Of a DNA stretch of 5,175 nucleotides, positions 4,813-5,175 are shown piece after piece. Source of the DNA: a virus; IMG/VR virus record IMGVR_UViG_3300025880_000004. One strand, 5' to 3'. The position numbers and the translations under genes are program-made. Positions within the stretch are counted from its first letter, which is position 1. Every line of letters starts with the position of its first letter. The notes below the pieces were generated by a model, which was not told the DNA's origin, did no database searches, and saw nothing but the letters and a program-made list of their open reading frames with translations.

Positions 4813-5169
4813 ATGTATAAATATAGAAAACCGAGTAAAAGTACTTTAACAAGTGTAGAATGTGTTGAAGGTGAACCAATAGAACACAAGATTGAGAGAA
4901 TTGTGAGTAACAAAGAGCCAATAAGTGATGGGGCGCCAGAGATATTTACGGAACGTAAAGAAGGTGTAAAAAGTGCATATAATATCCGAACGGATAGATG
5001 GGAAATTGCGACAGACGCAATGAGTAAGGTAGAAGGAAGTATCCAAGCCAAACGTGATGCTAAAGGCAAAATAACTAAGAGTAAAGATGAGCCAAAAGTA
5101 GTACAGTTAAAAGTGGATAATAAAGATAGCGGAGCTAAGCCAACAGAAGGTACAGCAGAAGCTAAATAA
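4813..5169 (+). CDS. Small conserved-looking structural or scaffolding-type protein (VP3-like), 118 aa.
   Basis: It starts 10 nt after the VP1 stop and shares the codon style of the confident genes. The core EPISDGAPEIFTERKEGVKSAYNIRTDRWEIATDAM (nt 4915..5022) resembles a motif (..YTERKDGV..YDIRTDR..IA..AM) that I recall from small proteins encoded next to VP1 in gut Microviridae. The C-terminal 40 aa are Lys-rich and probably disordered. The function assignment is an inference. Confidence 0.7.
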   Translation: MYKYRKPSKSTLTSVECVEGEPIEHKIERIVSNKEPISDGAPEIFTERKEGVKSAYNIRTDRWEIATDAMSKVEGSIQAKRDAKGKITKSKDEPKVVQLKVDNKDSGAKPTEGTAEAK

Positions 5170-5175
5170 GAAATA
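5049..5175. repeat. Terminal redundancy, copy 2 (identical to 1..127).
   Basis: 127/127 identity with the start of the window. Confidence 0.97.

Noticed and set aside
260-5069. Minus-strand ORFs of 61-124 aa (e.g. 260..634, 555..869, 1624..1932, 2905..3210, 3349..3636, 3637..3927, 4571..4921, 4797..5069).
   Set aside because: Every one lies antisense to a confident + strand gene (only the 3' end of 1945..2166 runs into the 2034..2273 spacer). They translate to low-complexity L/F/H/Y/I/S-rich strings. They stay open only because the + strand is purine-rich with A-ending codons, so TTA, CTA and TCA are rare in those frames. Microviridae transcribe a single strand. They are shadow ORFs.
1-5175. 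Search for tRNA, rRNA, CRISPR repeats, integrase or transposase, and toxin-antitoxin or defence genes.
   Set aside because: I saw no cloverleaf-like or spaced-repeat structure. All coding capacity is accounted for by the microvirus core plus three small ORFs.

Overview
The window is one complete, circularly permuted genome of a small ssDNA phage of the family Microviridae. It is not phiX-like. By my reading it looks Alpavirinae- or Gokushovirinae-like, but the subfamily needs a phylogeny. The first 127 nt (1..127) are repeated exactly at 5049..5175, so the true unit is 5,048 nt and the repeat is most simply an assembly overlap of a circle. All credible genes are on the + strand and tightly packed. 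Around the circle the order is: major capsid protein VP1 (2766..4802), a 118-aa VP3-like small protein (4813..5169, whose 3' end is also seen at 1..121), DNA pilot/minor capsid protein VP2 (295..1056), HUH rolling-circle replication initiator VP4 (1059..2033), a 240-nt non-coding control region (2034..2273), then two overlapping orphan ORFs (2274..2540 and 2467..2769), the second ending in an ATGA overlap with VP1. I saw no tRNA, rRNA, CRISPR array, integrase or transposase. The items most worth a second look are: (i) a GC-clamped hairpin element present twice, once just after the VP3-like stop codon and once inside the 5' end of rep; (ii) the non-coding region with three GTAACCT heptamers, a perfect 17-nt palindrome and a 16-nt near-palindrome; (iii) a 21-nt in-frame tandem duplication (one heptad) in VP2; (iv) the overlapping orphan ORF pair upstream of VP1; (v) the absence of any recognisable lysis gene or Shine-Dalgarno signals. 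All homology statements come from remembered family motifs, not from searches.
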